A stretch of DNA of 64,000 nt from Anthoceros angustus (lineage: Eukaryota > Plantae > Anthocerotophyta), in contig VJWM01000254.1 in the NCBI GenBank assembly GCA_010909165.1, positions 62,001-126,000 on the forward strand, written 5' to 3'. The position numbers and the translations under genes are program-made. The notes beneath the pieces are model-generated. The model saw only the letters and a list, made by a program, of their open reading frames with translations. It was not told the origin of the DNA and did no database searches. This document shows, piece after piece, positions 10,212 to 27,239 of this stretch; positions within the stretch are counted from its first letter, which is position 1, and each line of letters starts with the position of its first letter.

Positions 10212-11476
10212 CGGCTTCGATTTTGGGAACCCATGCACCCGAAACTTGTCATGGAGGCGGTGCTGCATTTTCGATCTAAGGTAACTTGAAAACGGGATGT
10301 CATGCCAGATCTGTTATGACAGACCCCGCAATGTGGTGATTTGCTTCGTGCTTTCATAGTCAGTGTTGTGACGATGGTGACTGTTCCGCGCTTTCTTACT
10401 GACTTGCTTCTGAATGACTAGAACTAACAGCAACATCTTGGCTCTCGCTTTCTTTCCAGACCTCTTTCATCAATATACACCTACCAGACATCGTTCATAT
10501 GGTTTTGCCGACGGTGGTGTAGCATTAGTGCAGCGCTAGTTCACGGGGTGAGGCCCACCCATCCCTTCCAACAATGTTTTTCTTTTCATTCTTTGAAATC
10601 ATCTCGGTACTGCTCTTGTGCCATTGGACCAACGAAGCGCACAAGCACCCTTGGAGGAAAGGTGTTCTTCATTAGTGTGCTTAGACAAGCCAACGACGGC
10701 CAGAAGGAAGTTCTTGAAGCGAAGTTCTAGTTAAGTTCCTCTCTACATCGGCCCGAGGAAACTCGATGATCTGCTTGTTCCCCAAATCAAGTTCTCGCAC
10801 CTCCTCTGGGCCTGCAACGCTCTTGATTCAAGATCATCATCTTCTGTTGTTTCAAACTTGCCCAAACCGAGACTCCCAACCATGGCCCGACCACCAATCC
10901 GTCAGAGTCCTTGTCCATATCCCCTTTCATGAGTGAGAGGCACCTCCAAGGCGCACTGGTCTCCCCACGAGGCGTCTAGTGCACAGCTCAATGTGGGCAT
11001 GCGCATTGCAGAGGGCAGCATCGAGCGCGCATGCGCACAGATGGAACCAACCAGGCACGCAGCGAAGCATCCCGGTTGGTCACCATGGCTGGCAAAACTC
11101 TACCGTTCAATAGATTCGAAATCAGCAGCACATGAGGTGGCACGATAAAATATCCGCGACAAGAGAAAACAAATAGAATGGCGCCCCAACAGTTTATCAT
11201 TTATTCCAAAATAGAAAGGGTCGTGGCACAGCAAGCATTCCGCCACACTTTCGCCAGGCGAGGAGATGGCGAACACCGTCGCCCATTTGGCAACGACGCT
11301 GAGTCCGGGGGAGACGAAGACCAGCCCTCCAGCCTCCCCGCCTACCGACGCCTGGGGCTGTTCCTGCCTCAGAGCGCTGCTCTGCCTGCCCGGCTGCCGC
11401 GCTGACTGCCCCCGACGGCCCCGACTCGGGAAGAGCTGCCGGCCTCGCATTGCCCGAGGAGACGCGCATTACAGTC

Positions 11477-14400
11477 ATGGCACGGCGCCAGGATGCGGAT
11501 GGCGGGGGCGTGCGCATTCGCTTCCTGGGCCCGAGCGACTGCGGCAGCGCAGCTCGAATTGCCAGCGCGGGCCTCGGCAAGGCCGGGGAGAACCGCGATC
11601 CCCTGCACCAGCTGCAGCACGCGCTCGTGAATTGCCAGAATGCGGTTGTGGGTGGAATCGGGGCCGCGTTCGCCGAGCTGCAGGGGCGGGATGCGGGGAG
11701 GAGGCGGGCCGGGGCGATCTCCTGGCCGAAGGATGGGGCTCTGGAGCACGCCGGGACGGTTGTGGGCGATTCGGCGGAGGGCTGGACCGCCCCTGGGACG
11801 CGGGCTCGGAGGGGGCATGCGGGCCTTGGTCCCAGCAGAGTGGCCATGGTGTCTTATGCCCCGCAGCGGGGGACGTATGCGTATGATGCGCTTCAGCGCC
11901 GCTGGAAGGTCAGCAGCTTGCAGGGGGGAAACGCCTGTTTCGGTTAGGTCTGGATTGCTGGTTTTCCGTGGTGTTGGATTTTCTGGACTCCTGTTGCAAT
12001 GCTGCTGGAGTTCATGGCTGGCCGATTTCTGTGGTGGGGATTGTGCGTTCAGCTGGCGGAATTTAGTCAGGAGATGCTGTTAGTGCTTGATGCAGGAAGG
12101 GTGTTTGGAAGTGGTTTCAGTGTCTGAGAGTGCTGTGTGGTGGGCAGGTAAGTGTTGTTACTCTGTTGTGTCGCGCAGAGTTCGATTTTGTGCAACTTTG
12201 ACGATTTGCGTGTGCACCGGCTTTCTGACTCCAAGTTTGCATTGTAGGAGCTGGACAGAGACGGTGTAGGTTTCATTTCTGAGGGTGATCTGAAGGTGGC
12301 GTTGAAGAGGCTCAACTTGCCTGCTTCTGAGGAGGTTCATAGCTGCCTTTTGGTTTTGCAAGTGTTGCTGCGTCGTCACGTTCTGTGAGGGTGATCGTGT
12401 GCTGAGTGAATGCCGAGGGTGATTGCCTTCGGCGGATGTCATGGGAGATGAAGGTGCCTGTTGCTTGTGACTAATTGCGTCGTCTTGCTGGACCTTGGAT
12501 CCCGTGTCGTGCACAGGACGTGGAAGCCTTTGTTAATCAGGTCGCTGCTACATCGAAGAGCGGCACTCTCACCTTCGAAACCTTTGCTGAGTATGCAATC
12601 AACAGAGAAAATGAGCTTCTCAATACGTTCAAGGAACTTGACCAAAGAAAGGTGACCGTCAGCTTTCGTGATGTTAGACTTGGTTTCGATCTGTCGTGAT
12701 ATGGCCACCAATATAATATCGCCTTGTGCTTGACCAGATTGGCTACATAACCGAAGCTGAGCTGAAACAAGCTCTGCGGAAGTACAAATTCAGGTAGACT
12801 TTTTTTCTTAATCACATCCCTCGGCTCTGTCTTGGGCATCTTTTGGTGCCCTGATCAGCTACAGGCACTCTGCACTTCTGTTATTGTGGGCGTGGTGTAT
12901 GAGATGGATGCCCAACCGCTGACATACTCACTTGCTGTAGAATTGCTGACAAGGATGTAAAGAAGATGATCGACCGGATGCACGTGAGGGGTGGAATGCT
13001 TGGATCTCAGGATTTTTACAGCCAAACCAAGGCCTTCGATTTTGCTGAGTTCAGGTGCGTCGTACTTAGAATTCGCTGATTGGGAGTTCCTGCACCTGTG
13101 TTTGCATGGAGCACGTGCAACTGTAGACCGTCTACATCAGGTTTTCCGTGTGTTACTGAATGCAGTTCTTAGGTACTCCATGCAGGTGACTTCTGGCTAG
13201 TGCATACATGTGGAGATAACTCTTTGTCCTCATCGTGAGTTTGTGTGTGAATGTTCAGCAGAAGCTCTCAGAGTTCACACAAAATTTCACCCCGATTTTG
13301 AATTTACGTCATCGTTTTGCAGAGATTTCTTGATGTTATCCACTGCCAAAGATCTCAGAGATATTTTTGAAATCTGGGGAAGGGCTGTTATTGACTTAGG
13401 GGATGCAGACACAACTTTCCCAATGTCTTCTGGTACAGCTCTTCCTGGCCTTGTACCATTTGATTGACAGTTACATCGCTGTCAGGCAATGTGTTCTGAA
13501 GCTGTATTTTATGTACCGGAGTGCCTCGCAGTGAGCTGACTTGCTCTCGTATACATTACAGGGAGATACAACAAGCAGGGACGAGTTGGTCAGAGACGAC
13601 CGAAAGTACAGGTTCTTAAGCATCTTTTTGCAGGAGGCATGTCTGGTGCAGTATCAAGGACCGTTGTAGCCCCACTTGAAAGAATTAAGGCAAGTGTTGT
13701 GCTGTGTTTAAGGTGGTTTTGGGTTTGTAGCATCACTAGCAAACTATTCATGAGCTCTTTGCCTCCTTGTAGGTTATGTCCATGGTTGACTCAGATCTGG
13801 CCAGACAAGGATTCACCGCTGTTCTTAAAAAGATCTGGCGGTAAGTTGTCCATGTGCATATCAAGCTGTACTGTGTGTTGGCAATGCCCCTATTGCTAAA
13901 TATCACTAATGGCAGACCCATGCAGGGAGGAGGGTGTCCCTGGTCTTTTTAGAGGCAACCTATTGAATGTTTTGCGTATTGCACCCACCAAGGTATGCTG
14001 CTCTGGTCGTCGCTGCCAGTAAGCACTACTAGAGATACCTTTGTGTGGGATAAAGCACGTCAGTGCACAGGGAGGCATCAAAGCTTGACACACTGGTGTG
14101 TTGGAAACAGGCTGTCGAGTTTTTTGTATATGACAACCTCAAAGACGGGATTCTGAAAAGAACAGGACGGGTAGATATCAGTGGTCCAGAGCGGATGCTG
14201 CTTGGGTCAGTAGCATCAATGGCGGGAACCTTTGTGACACATCCTGTGGATACAGTGAGATCTGTTGTGACAGTACAAGGACCTCGGGCAGGTCGATCAT
14301 TGGTGGATGTGACTCGTGACATCATCCAGCGGGATAGTTGGTTGGGATTGTACAGGGGTCTAGGTCCCAACATGGTATACCACTTGCTCTATGGTGTCGT

Positions 14401-15151
14401 CTAGTCTGTTCTAATGCACGTGTAATCCAGACTCACGCGTTTATCCTTTGCAGGTCAGAGTGGCTCCATATGGTGCCATAAACTTTTTTGTCTATGATCA
14501 ACTGAAGCAATGGTACAGGAAGAAGATCGGTCCTGGTGGTGACCTCGGTGCTGTTCCAACCATGGTGTTCGGGTAATGTTGTGAGCCTGGTTTATTGTTG
14601 AAACTTCTCTCTATTCAACAGCACATGGCCCCACCCTCGTGGTTCACTGCATTTGACCATGCAGTCGCTCCCTGGTCCTCTCAGGGCTCTTGCAGGTGCA
14701 TCTGCTCAAACAGCAGTTTACCCTCTTGAGATGGTACAACGACGGTTGCAGGTTGGTAACGAGCTTGTGGCTTTTTACAAGTGTCCTTTGTTGCGTCGCT
14801 CATAGGGTTGCTGGGATTTCTCGACAACAGGTGCAAGCTGCAAGACAGGGTCCTAAACTATACAAAAACATGATGGATGCTTTCCAAGTTATTATCAAAG
14901 AAGAGGGTTTTCAAGCCCTGTATGCGGGTATGTTGTCGTGGGAATTTGCATGTGTACGCAGCTCAACTAGTCACGTGGTGGCTACCGATAACCAAAGCTG
15001 TTTTTTGTTGTTTACTATGCCTTGGATGTGGTGATTGACAGACACCTTTTCGCATGCAGGGCTTATTCCAAATTACTTGAAGCTTGTGCCAGCAGCGGCC
15101 ATCTCTTTCCTGGTCTACGAAGTGTTGAAGAAGCAACTGGATCTTAACTAG
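11477..15151 (+). CDS. Mitochondrial carrier family (SLC25) protein with N-terminal EF-hand domain
   Basis: GC-rich exon 1 (11477-11907, ...ALQRRWK|GT) splices to ELDRDGVGFISEGDL. A second canonical EF loop DQRKIGYITEAEL follows. Three carrier signatures are present (APLERIK, HPVDTVR, YPLEMVQRR), and the CDS ends ...FLVYEVLKKQLDLN*. The start codon is inferred. Confidence 0.85.
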
Positions 15152-15791
15152 CCGTTGAAGTTGATGCTTGTGGACATTCGTACCGGCTTGTCAAATGGCT
15201 CGTAACATACAATCGGAATGGGCTCCTCACCCAAATTTTGTTACAGTAGGGCAGGTTGCAGCTGTTCTTCCACCATGTAGAATAGGTGGTGATTGATTTT
15301 GCGGGGTACTCCAATTTGAGCGTTGAGTTCCACCTGGGCATGCGTCCCAGTGAAAACCCCTTCCGAGTCTGGAGTGCGCGATCGAACTACCTAGTCACAC
15401 TTGGCAGTACTATGATCGGCTGGGTCATTAGTGCCTCCTGCCGGTGGCACCCCGGTCATACTGTAAAGCACCAGCCGCCGTGAGATTCCTTCGTCCAAAT
15501 CTTTTAGTGGGTACTAAATACCTCTGACACTTGTTACATCCGTTTTCTGGAACCACCTATGATTGATCCCCTTCTTCCACCTAGTTCTCTGTTTTCTCAT
15601 CGGTCTTTATGTTATTTCGTGTAACAATGCGTCTATTTTTAGCATATTGGTTAATATATATATGTAAATATATATATAACTATTTAAATTTTATCTATAA
15701 ACTTGATCGATCGGTCCCCGAACACAAACCCATCTTCTGTGGACTTCAATAGAATTCTTCTCCTTCTTTCTTAAAACTTCTCGGCACTAGC

Positions 15792-15975
15792 AGTTCAGTG
15801 GAATAACACGAATTGAACTACAAACATGAACTAGAGCCACTTTGAGAAAGTAGTTCAGTGGAATAACAAAAATTGAACTACAAACATGAACTAGAGCCAC
15901 TTTCAGAAAGTTCTTTCAGTCCCTCTGGACTAAACTACACACATGAATTGGAGCCACTTTCAGCAAGTTCAGTCC
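15792..15975. repeat. 60-bp tandem repeat (2 near-identical copies plus a degenerate third)
   Basis: agttcagtggaataacacgaattgaactacaaacatgaactagagccactttgagaaagt at 15792 and 15852; the third copy is partial. Confidence 0.9.
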
Positions 15976-16519
15976 CTCTAAGCCGAACCGTCTACGAATT
16001 ATGCACAACGAAAATTGAACCATACCCCCTCGACATGTTATAGTAAACTGAATGATAATTTCTATTTTTTTTACATTATATCATTTCATTTTTTAACCTT
16101 ATATCATTTCATGTTTTAACCTTTCCTGTTTCATACCATTTTTCGTTTAAGTTTGTACGCTTAATTTTGAACTCCTTTGTAAAGCCGTTATTCTGGGTGT
16201 TCATTTGTTCGCATGCCAAGACACTCGATTTTGATTGTAGCCCATCACTACAACTATTTTGAGTAATATGTGAGATTGTTTTCATTGAAACCTTTACATT
16301 CAAATATATCAACAAGGGCAACCACCTCTACTTTGAGCTCACAATCTTTCCTCTATTTGTCAACAATGTTGAAGCCTGCTTCCTCCAATTTACAATCACA
16401 TTATGCTAACAACTCTAACAACTCTTTGTGTGTCCAGGGAGTGGCGGTGCACACGACTGCTCGTGCTATGCTCCTAGGCTTGAACTCTGCGACAAGCTCC
16501 TGTCTCAATTAGTCATGGC

Positions 16520-16890
16520 TGAACGAGTACGAAACGGAAGCAGAACAGGAAGCTAGCGAATGCGAAAAAAGAGGGAAACGGGGAAATGTGAGGAAAGAGA
16601 AAGGTAAACGGAGGAAAACGGGAGATAAGTGAGAGGAAACGACAGAAAACAGGATGCAAATGAAAGAAAACGGAAAACGGGAAGCAAGTGGAGGGGAATC
16701 GCGGGAAACGGGATGCAAGGAGAGGGAAATAGAAAACAAGAGGAAAACGGGAGGCAAGCATGAGGGAAACGGAAAATGGGAGGCAAGCGGGAGGGAAATG
16801 GGGGAAAAATAGGAAGGGAATCGGAAGGGAAGTGGCAAAGAAACGGACGAGAGACAAAGTAAACGATACACGGTGAAAAAAGCAAAACAA
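16520..16890. repeat. Purine-rich low-complexity tract (GGAAACG-like units)
   Basis: The + strand is almost devoid of T/C, with recurring gaaacggga/gaaaacg units. Confidence 0.85.
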
Positions 16891-17019
16891 AAAATATTTC
16901 TGATTTTACCTGAATTCGTATGACTAGTCAATAGTTTAGTTCATTAATTGTTTGTGGTGCAAATAGTTTAGTTCAGTAATCAATTCGATGTGAACTAAAC
17001 TACATTGCGCCATATTAGT

Positions 17020-18050
17020 CGTCTACAAGTCATATGAGATTGTATCCGTGTTATAGTTGTTGTAGGTTAAATTCACCACACGGCCAACTAACAACCGAAT
17101 TACACCCAAACTACCGATGCGAAGAAGTCCTAAGAACACAAACCCGTCATGAGAACATAAACCTCTGCCGACATCTTCAGAGTGGTCCACCCGTGCTTGG
17201 AAGTGCTCCACCCGCGTCTCCACTACTGGCTTCTCAAGGGAATCGTGAAAATGCTTTACCCCGACGTCATTAAATGCGGCCTCCTCCACTCCTGGTGCCT
17301 CACGTTCTAACTCGTCCTCATCAGCTGGAGTAGAAGATGCTTTGGAAGCCTAGGGAGGGGAGGGAGAGGAGGAAGGGGAGACAAGCTAGGGAGCGAAGGG
17401 TCACCCCTAGCTCTGTGACCTATTCATAGGCTAGAGCTGGCAAGCCCACGGGAAGGAGCTGGCAAGCCCATGGGAAGAAGCCGGCAACGGCTCCTCCTCG
17501 TCCTTCTCCGGGGCCTCAACTTCTAGAGCCCCTGCCCACTCTTCTTACCATTCGCCTCCTTCTTAGCCTTAGCCTTTAAAAGTAGGCAGCCTAGCTCACA
17601 GCTTTGCACAACCTGTTTTCTTTGAGAAACCCCAAGGCCATGGATCTTGGCACCCGCGGAGGGTTGCACTTACTCGGCCATTTCCCATAGATGTGGTACA
17701 GAAAATCATCCACATTTCTCTACTCCTGGGGTGAGAGTGTGTTTGTGCCTTGCCATATGAAGCGTAGGTTTTCATTCCGAACCTTGCCAAAGGTATCGAA
17801 CAACACATCTGGCCCTCCCAATCTCTCCTTCGAGCCCCATCGACAACTAGTCGTTCTGAATGTCCAAACCTGCTCTCGGAGCTTCTCAATGACATCACCA
17901 TTGTGCTAATTCCATACCTCTGGCCCTGAAGGTAGGAGCATCTCTCAGCTCTACTTCTAGGCGGGCAGCTCGATCCTGCACAGCCTTCGCCTGCCACTTC
18001 CGATTCCAGGCTTCCTTAAAAGATCACTACTCCCTTGGAGCCATGGGAGC
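17020..18050 (-). mobile_element. Degenerate TE-like coding relic (class unassigned)
   Basis: Interrupted frames read like protein (GDVIEKLREQVWTFR...DDFLYHIYGKWP; ELEREAPGVEEAAFNDV) amid repeats, including a 22-bp tandem repeat near 17447. No diagnostic domain was recognised. Confidence 0.3.
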
Positions 18051-18808
18051 AAGCAAGCAGTACACGTAGAGAGGAAGTGGGGAGGTGAAGGAAGCAGGGA
18101 GGAGAAGGGCGAGGAAGCAGGAAGCGGGAAGGGGGAGAGAGGCGGGACACGCCAATGTCTGAACCGCAGTCACAATGTTAATGGCAAAGTCAGTTGACTT
18201 TTAACTTACCTTAAGTTAAGTTTTATAGTAAAAATATGAAGAAGGACTTGAAGTAAAATAAAAATAAAAGTTATAAATATTTACATTATAGTAAATAATT
18301 CAAAATTCAAATTCACACCATTCATACTCTCTTACAAGGTTACCAAATGTACTTTGTCATATGGCACAAAGTGTGGCAGCGAAGCATGCTTGGACCAAAA
18401 ATAACTCTGAAAACTGATCCAAAACACAAAAAATGTTTGTTTAGCCTTGTTCTTTGAGATGCCAGCCACATAAATCTTTCCCAAACACATACAAGGTTTA
18501 GGTGTCAGGCGTGCACGATTTTAGGATTCTCGAAGTAAAGGAGTAAAACACTAGCTGCCCCCAGCTGGTGTCATCGAAATAATTAATGTATAAGCGAGAA
18601 AAACAAAAGTGAGTTCTAATAACCTCATCTTGGGACACCGGGTGCTTAGAAGTATGATATGTAGGACCCAACTTATGTGCTTTGCATGTAGAGAATAAGA
18701 AAAGAGAAACATGGCACCAAACTATTAGCGTATCCTCTTACGTGGTCTTTAGAACAAGATTAGTCTTTCGATAATGATAAGATACATGAAACCCCGGTTT
18801 GCAACTCC

Positions 18809-18842
18809 TAGTCGAGCAAATGCGCCGGGCTACCGGCGCATG
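18809..18842 (-). mobile_element. Helitron-like 3' end signature (GC-rich hairpin + CTAG)
   Basis: Perfect 9-bp stem atgcgccgg/ccggcgcat with a 4-nt loop (18821-18842), followed on the minus strand by 8 nt and then CTAG. The next base is G, not the usual T. Confidence 0.4.
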
Positions 18843-20078
18843 AAGGATCTTTGCGATGCTAAAGACCTTTCTCATACCCAACACAACTAATTTCAAAAGA
18901 TTCTCATAATTGTAATCAAGAAAGACAAGATAAATTCTAATTATTTCATATAAAAATATATATTATATTATCTATCTAAATTTTACTGCTCAATCTCCCC
19001 TATCGCAATTACTTAGTTGCTTAGATACATCGTTATTGTTAAATAGGGGTTGACCCTAAACTCATGTAACTCAAGTAGTATTAGTTCACTACGGACGCAT
19101 CGCTTAGAGAATTTATGGGTGTTGTTTTGGAGATGGTGTGGGGTGATTGGCTCATTCTAATAGTGTAGCTCTGCATGGCAAGTTGGCTGCCAAAAATAGC
19201 CGTTATGTTGGTGTTCTGTGTTAACTGCAGTTTATAGAGATTATAACTATTTTATTTTTTTCTTATGCAATAAAGTATCCAACTCATGAAGAACCAAAGG
19301 TTTTTGTGTTTGGATGAGAAAAGGACAATTTAACCCCATTCAAGAGTAGAGCATGAAAACATACATTTTATGCAGGTCACAAACATGCACAAGTAGGTTC
19401 CGCCTGAACATGTAGGGCTTTAGTGTCGTAATGGGTCAAATTCGTCTCATTTCGTTTTTCAAATTGAAAATATAAATTATTTATAGTTTATAAATTATAG
19501 TACCTACCTACCCACCTACCTACCGAATTATAAACTAAAACATTTCAGAAACTCCTAAATCGGATGTCCCAACTCCTACCTTATATAGGTAGAACTCGGA
19601 AGAGGGAGAGCAAGGCAGCGAAAACAAAATAGGCAGCACCCCACGCTGCGAGTCCATAGCAGCCTTGAATACTGGTTCCGACGGTCGCATACGTCTCCTT
19701 AGCTGCTTCTGTTGCAATTGGGTGCTGTTTGTTGTGGCTTGTCAGGCTTGCCTTCGGTGCGCATGCATCCACCCGCGGCGCGGTGCAGGACCTGGAATGC
19801 GTGGCAGCCCATAGCCCTGTTCCCGCGATCCATGCTTTTCTCACGGCCCCCAGCTTGGCGCGGTAATGCTCTCCGCTTTCCAACCTTCTCTTTCCCTGCC
19901 GCTGCCACTAGGCTCGTGTTGTGATGTGCTCTGGTAGCTCCGGGGCAGGCAGGGTGGTGTGCCACTGGATCCGCCTGGCACGTCCATTGCACGCCAACTG
20001 GCGTTTCACCATCGCTGCATCCGGGTTTTCACTCTGTGGATTGCTAGGGTTTGTGTACAGGGCGTTGGAATTGATATT

Positions 20079-25860
<5,782 letters not shown>

Positions 25861-26778
25861 TGAGTAAGTAGAAGGCATCCCGGCTGTGTGCTAACTTAAC
25901 AGATTACAGATTGTTACCAGGGGAGCCAGCTCCAGTGTAGGCACCTAGTTGTTAGTCAGTCTCCCATTTTTAGCTGCAGCTGCTTGTTTCCTAGGCCCTC
26001 AACACGATGACACCCAGCTCCCTAGGCCACTGGGATGCTGAAGCAAGCCCATTAGCTTGCGCAGTCCCGATGCCGGCTGCCTCCCACAACAGCCCCTTTC
26101 TGTCAGGGAGGGCGCTGTTGGGCGACGTGACGGGGGCTGGTATACGTCGTGCATGAGCGGGCTGTACAGTAGTTTCTCCGCCAGCCTCCCAGACGTGTGT
26201 GTGTGTGTATGTATACACTGGCGCCCGCTCTGCTTCCAGGAGTGGGCAGCTGCATGTGCTTCCCATGTATCCCTCTCTTGTTGAAGCCTGTTGTTGTTGT
26301 GGAAGAGGATGTTTGTGACATATGTTGACGTGAAATGCAGCACCATCTCCGGCTGGGGCTGGTGTGGTCTTTTGCGTCTTTCAAGGAAATGCCATCATGT
26401 GAGAGCCTGTGGGCATTAAACGGGGTGCCTATGGAACTGGACGTGATAACTGGGCGCGTATGGTTGCAAGGGCCACGTTTTCTCGCTTGGGAACGTGAGA
26501 CATGGAGGGATGTGTAAAAGGAGCTCAGCTAGGAACTAGGGCTGGCCATGAGCATCTTTTGTGGGAGGTGATAAAAGAACGAAATGGAGATGATGGGGAT
26601 TTCCATAACTACCCGCCCCGGATCCACCTTCCAAGGAGGGCGTCCCCGGAAAACGGTTGGAACTCCAAGACCAGCACGTAAGTTTTAATAAACGGAGACA
26701 GGCACCCAGAAGCCAGGCGGGCCGTCTCGGGCTCGCAAACGCGAAGAACTCATAGGCAGTAAGCGAGAGGGAAATGAT

Positions 26779-26787
26779 TATATAAAA
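26779..26787 (+). promoter_or_regulatory. Probable TATA box of RHM
   Basis: TATATAAAA in an otherwise GC-rich region ~460 bp upstream of the RHM ATG, followed by a pyrimidine-rich leader. Confidence 0.5.
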
Positions 26788-27239
26788 GGCCTCGCCGAAA
26801 GCGTAGGAGAACACCTGCTTGGCTGTTGCCTCCTGGCTGGCGCTGCTGTTGGAGCTGCCGCTGCTTAGACTAGTAGACGACGACACTCCTCCAACACGCT
26901 TCGCTGCTTGCCCGCTTGCCCGCTTCCCCGCTGGTGGTCACCGGCTGTTTTGGTGCGACCCGATCCTGCCCTTGCCTTGCCTTGCCTTGCCTTTCCTTTC
27001 CTGTCCTTTCTCTTCTTCATCGCCATCTGCTTGCTGGGCGGTAGTGAAGTGCGCTGCTCGGCGCTTCCCTGCTGTGGGCGTTTGTGGGTTTTTTGTGGGC
27101 GCCAGTGTCTCGTGATTTGTGAAGCTTGCTCTGGTGTGGCATTGCGGGATCGGCATCGCCCAGATCTGGGAGCAAGGTGGGTGTTTGGTGGGTGGATCCG
27201 AGGGAGGGCAGGTGTGGAGAAAGGAGCAGAGCAGCAGCC

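Noticed and set aside
8400-10300. Bacterial contamination or misassembly explaining the intronless Hsp70-like ORF
   Set aside because: Flanks are continuous with plant-type sequence and there are no operon neighbours; read-level checking would still be needed to exclude it formally.
11197-12083. Several GC-rich ORFs as an independent F-box/kelch gene
   Set aside because: One frame splices in phase into the first EF-hand of the carrier; the others are GC-driven open frames.
15786-15791. CACTAG as a CACTA transposon terminus
   Set aside because: No matching inverted terminus with a 3-bp TSD found downstream.
9939-15975. 30-bp and 60-bp repeats as CRISPR arrays
   Set aside because: Head-to-tail repeats with no unique spacers, no cas genes, and eukaryotic context.
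16509-16931. Three overlapping Phe/Ser/Pro-rich minus-strand ORFs
   Set aside because: By-products of the purine-rich low-complexity tract, which lacks stops on that strand.
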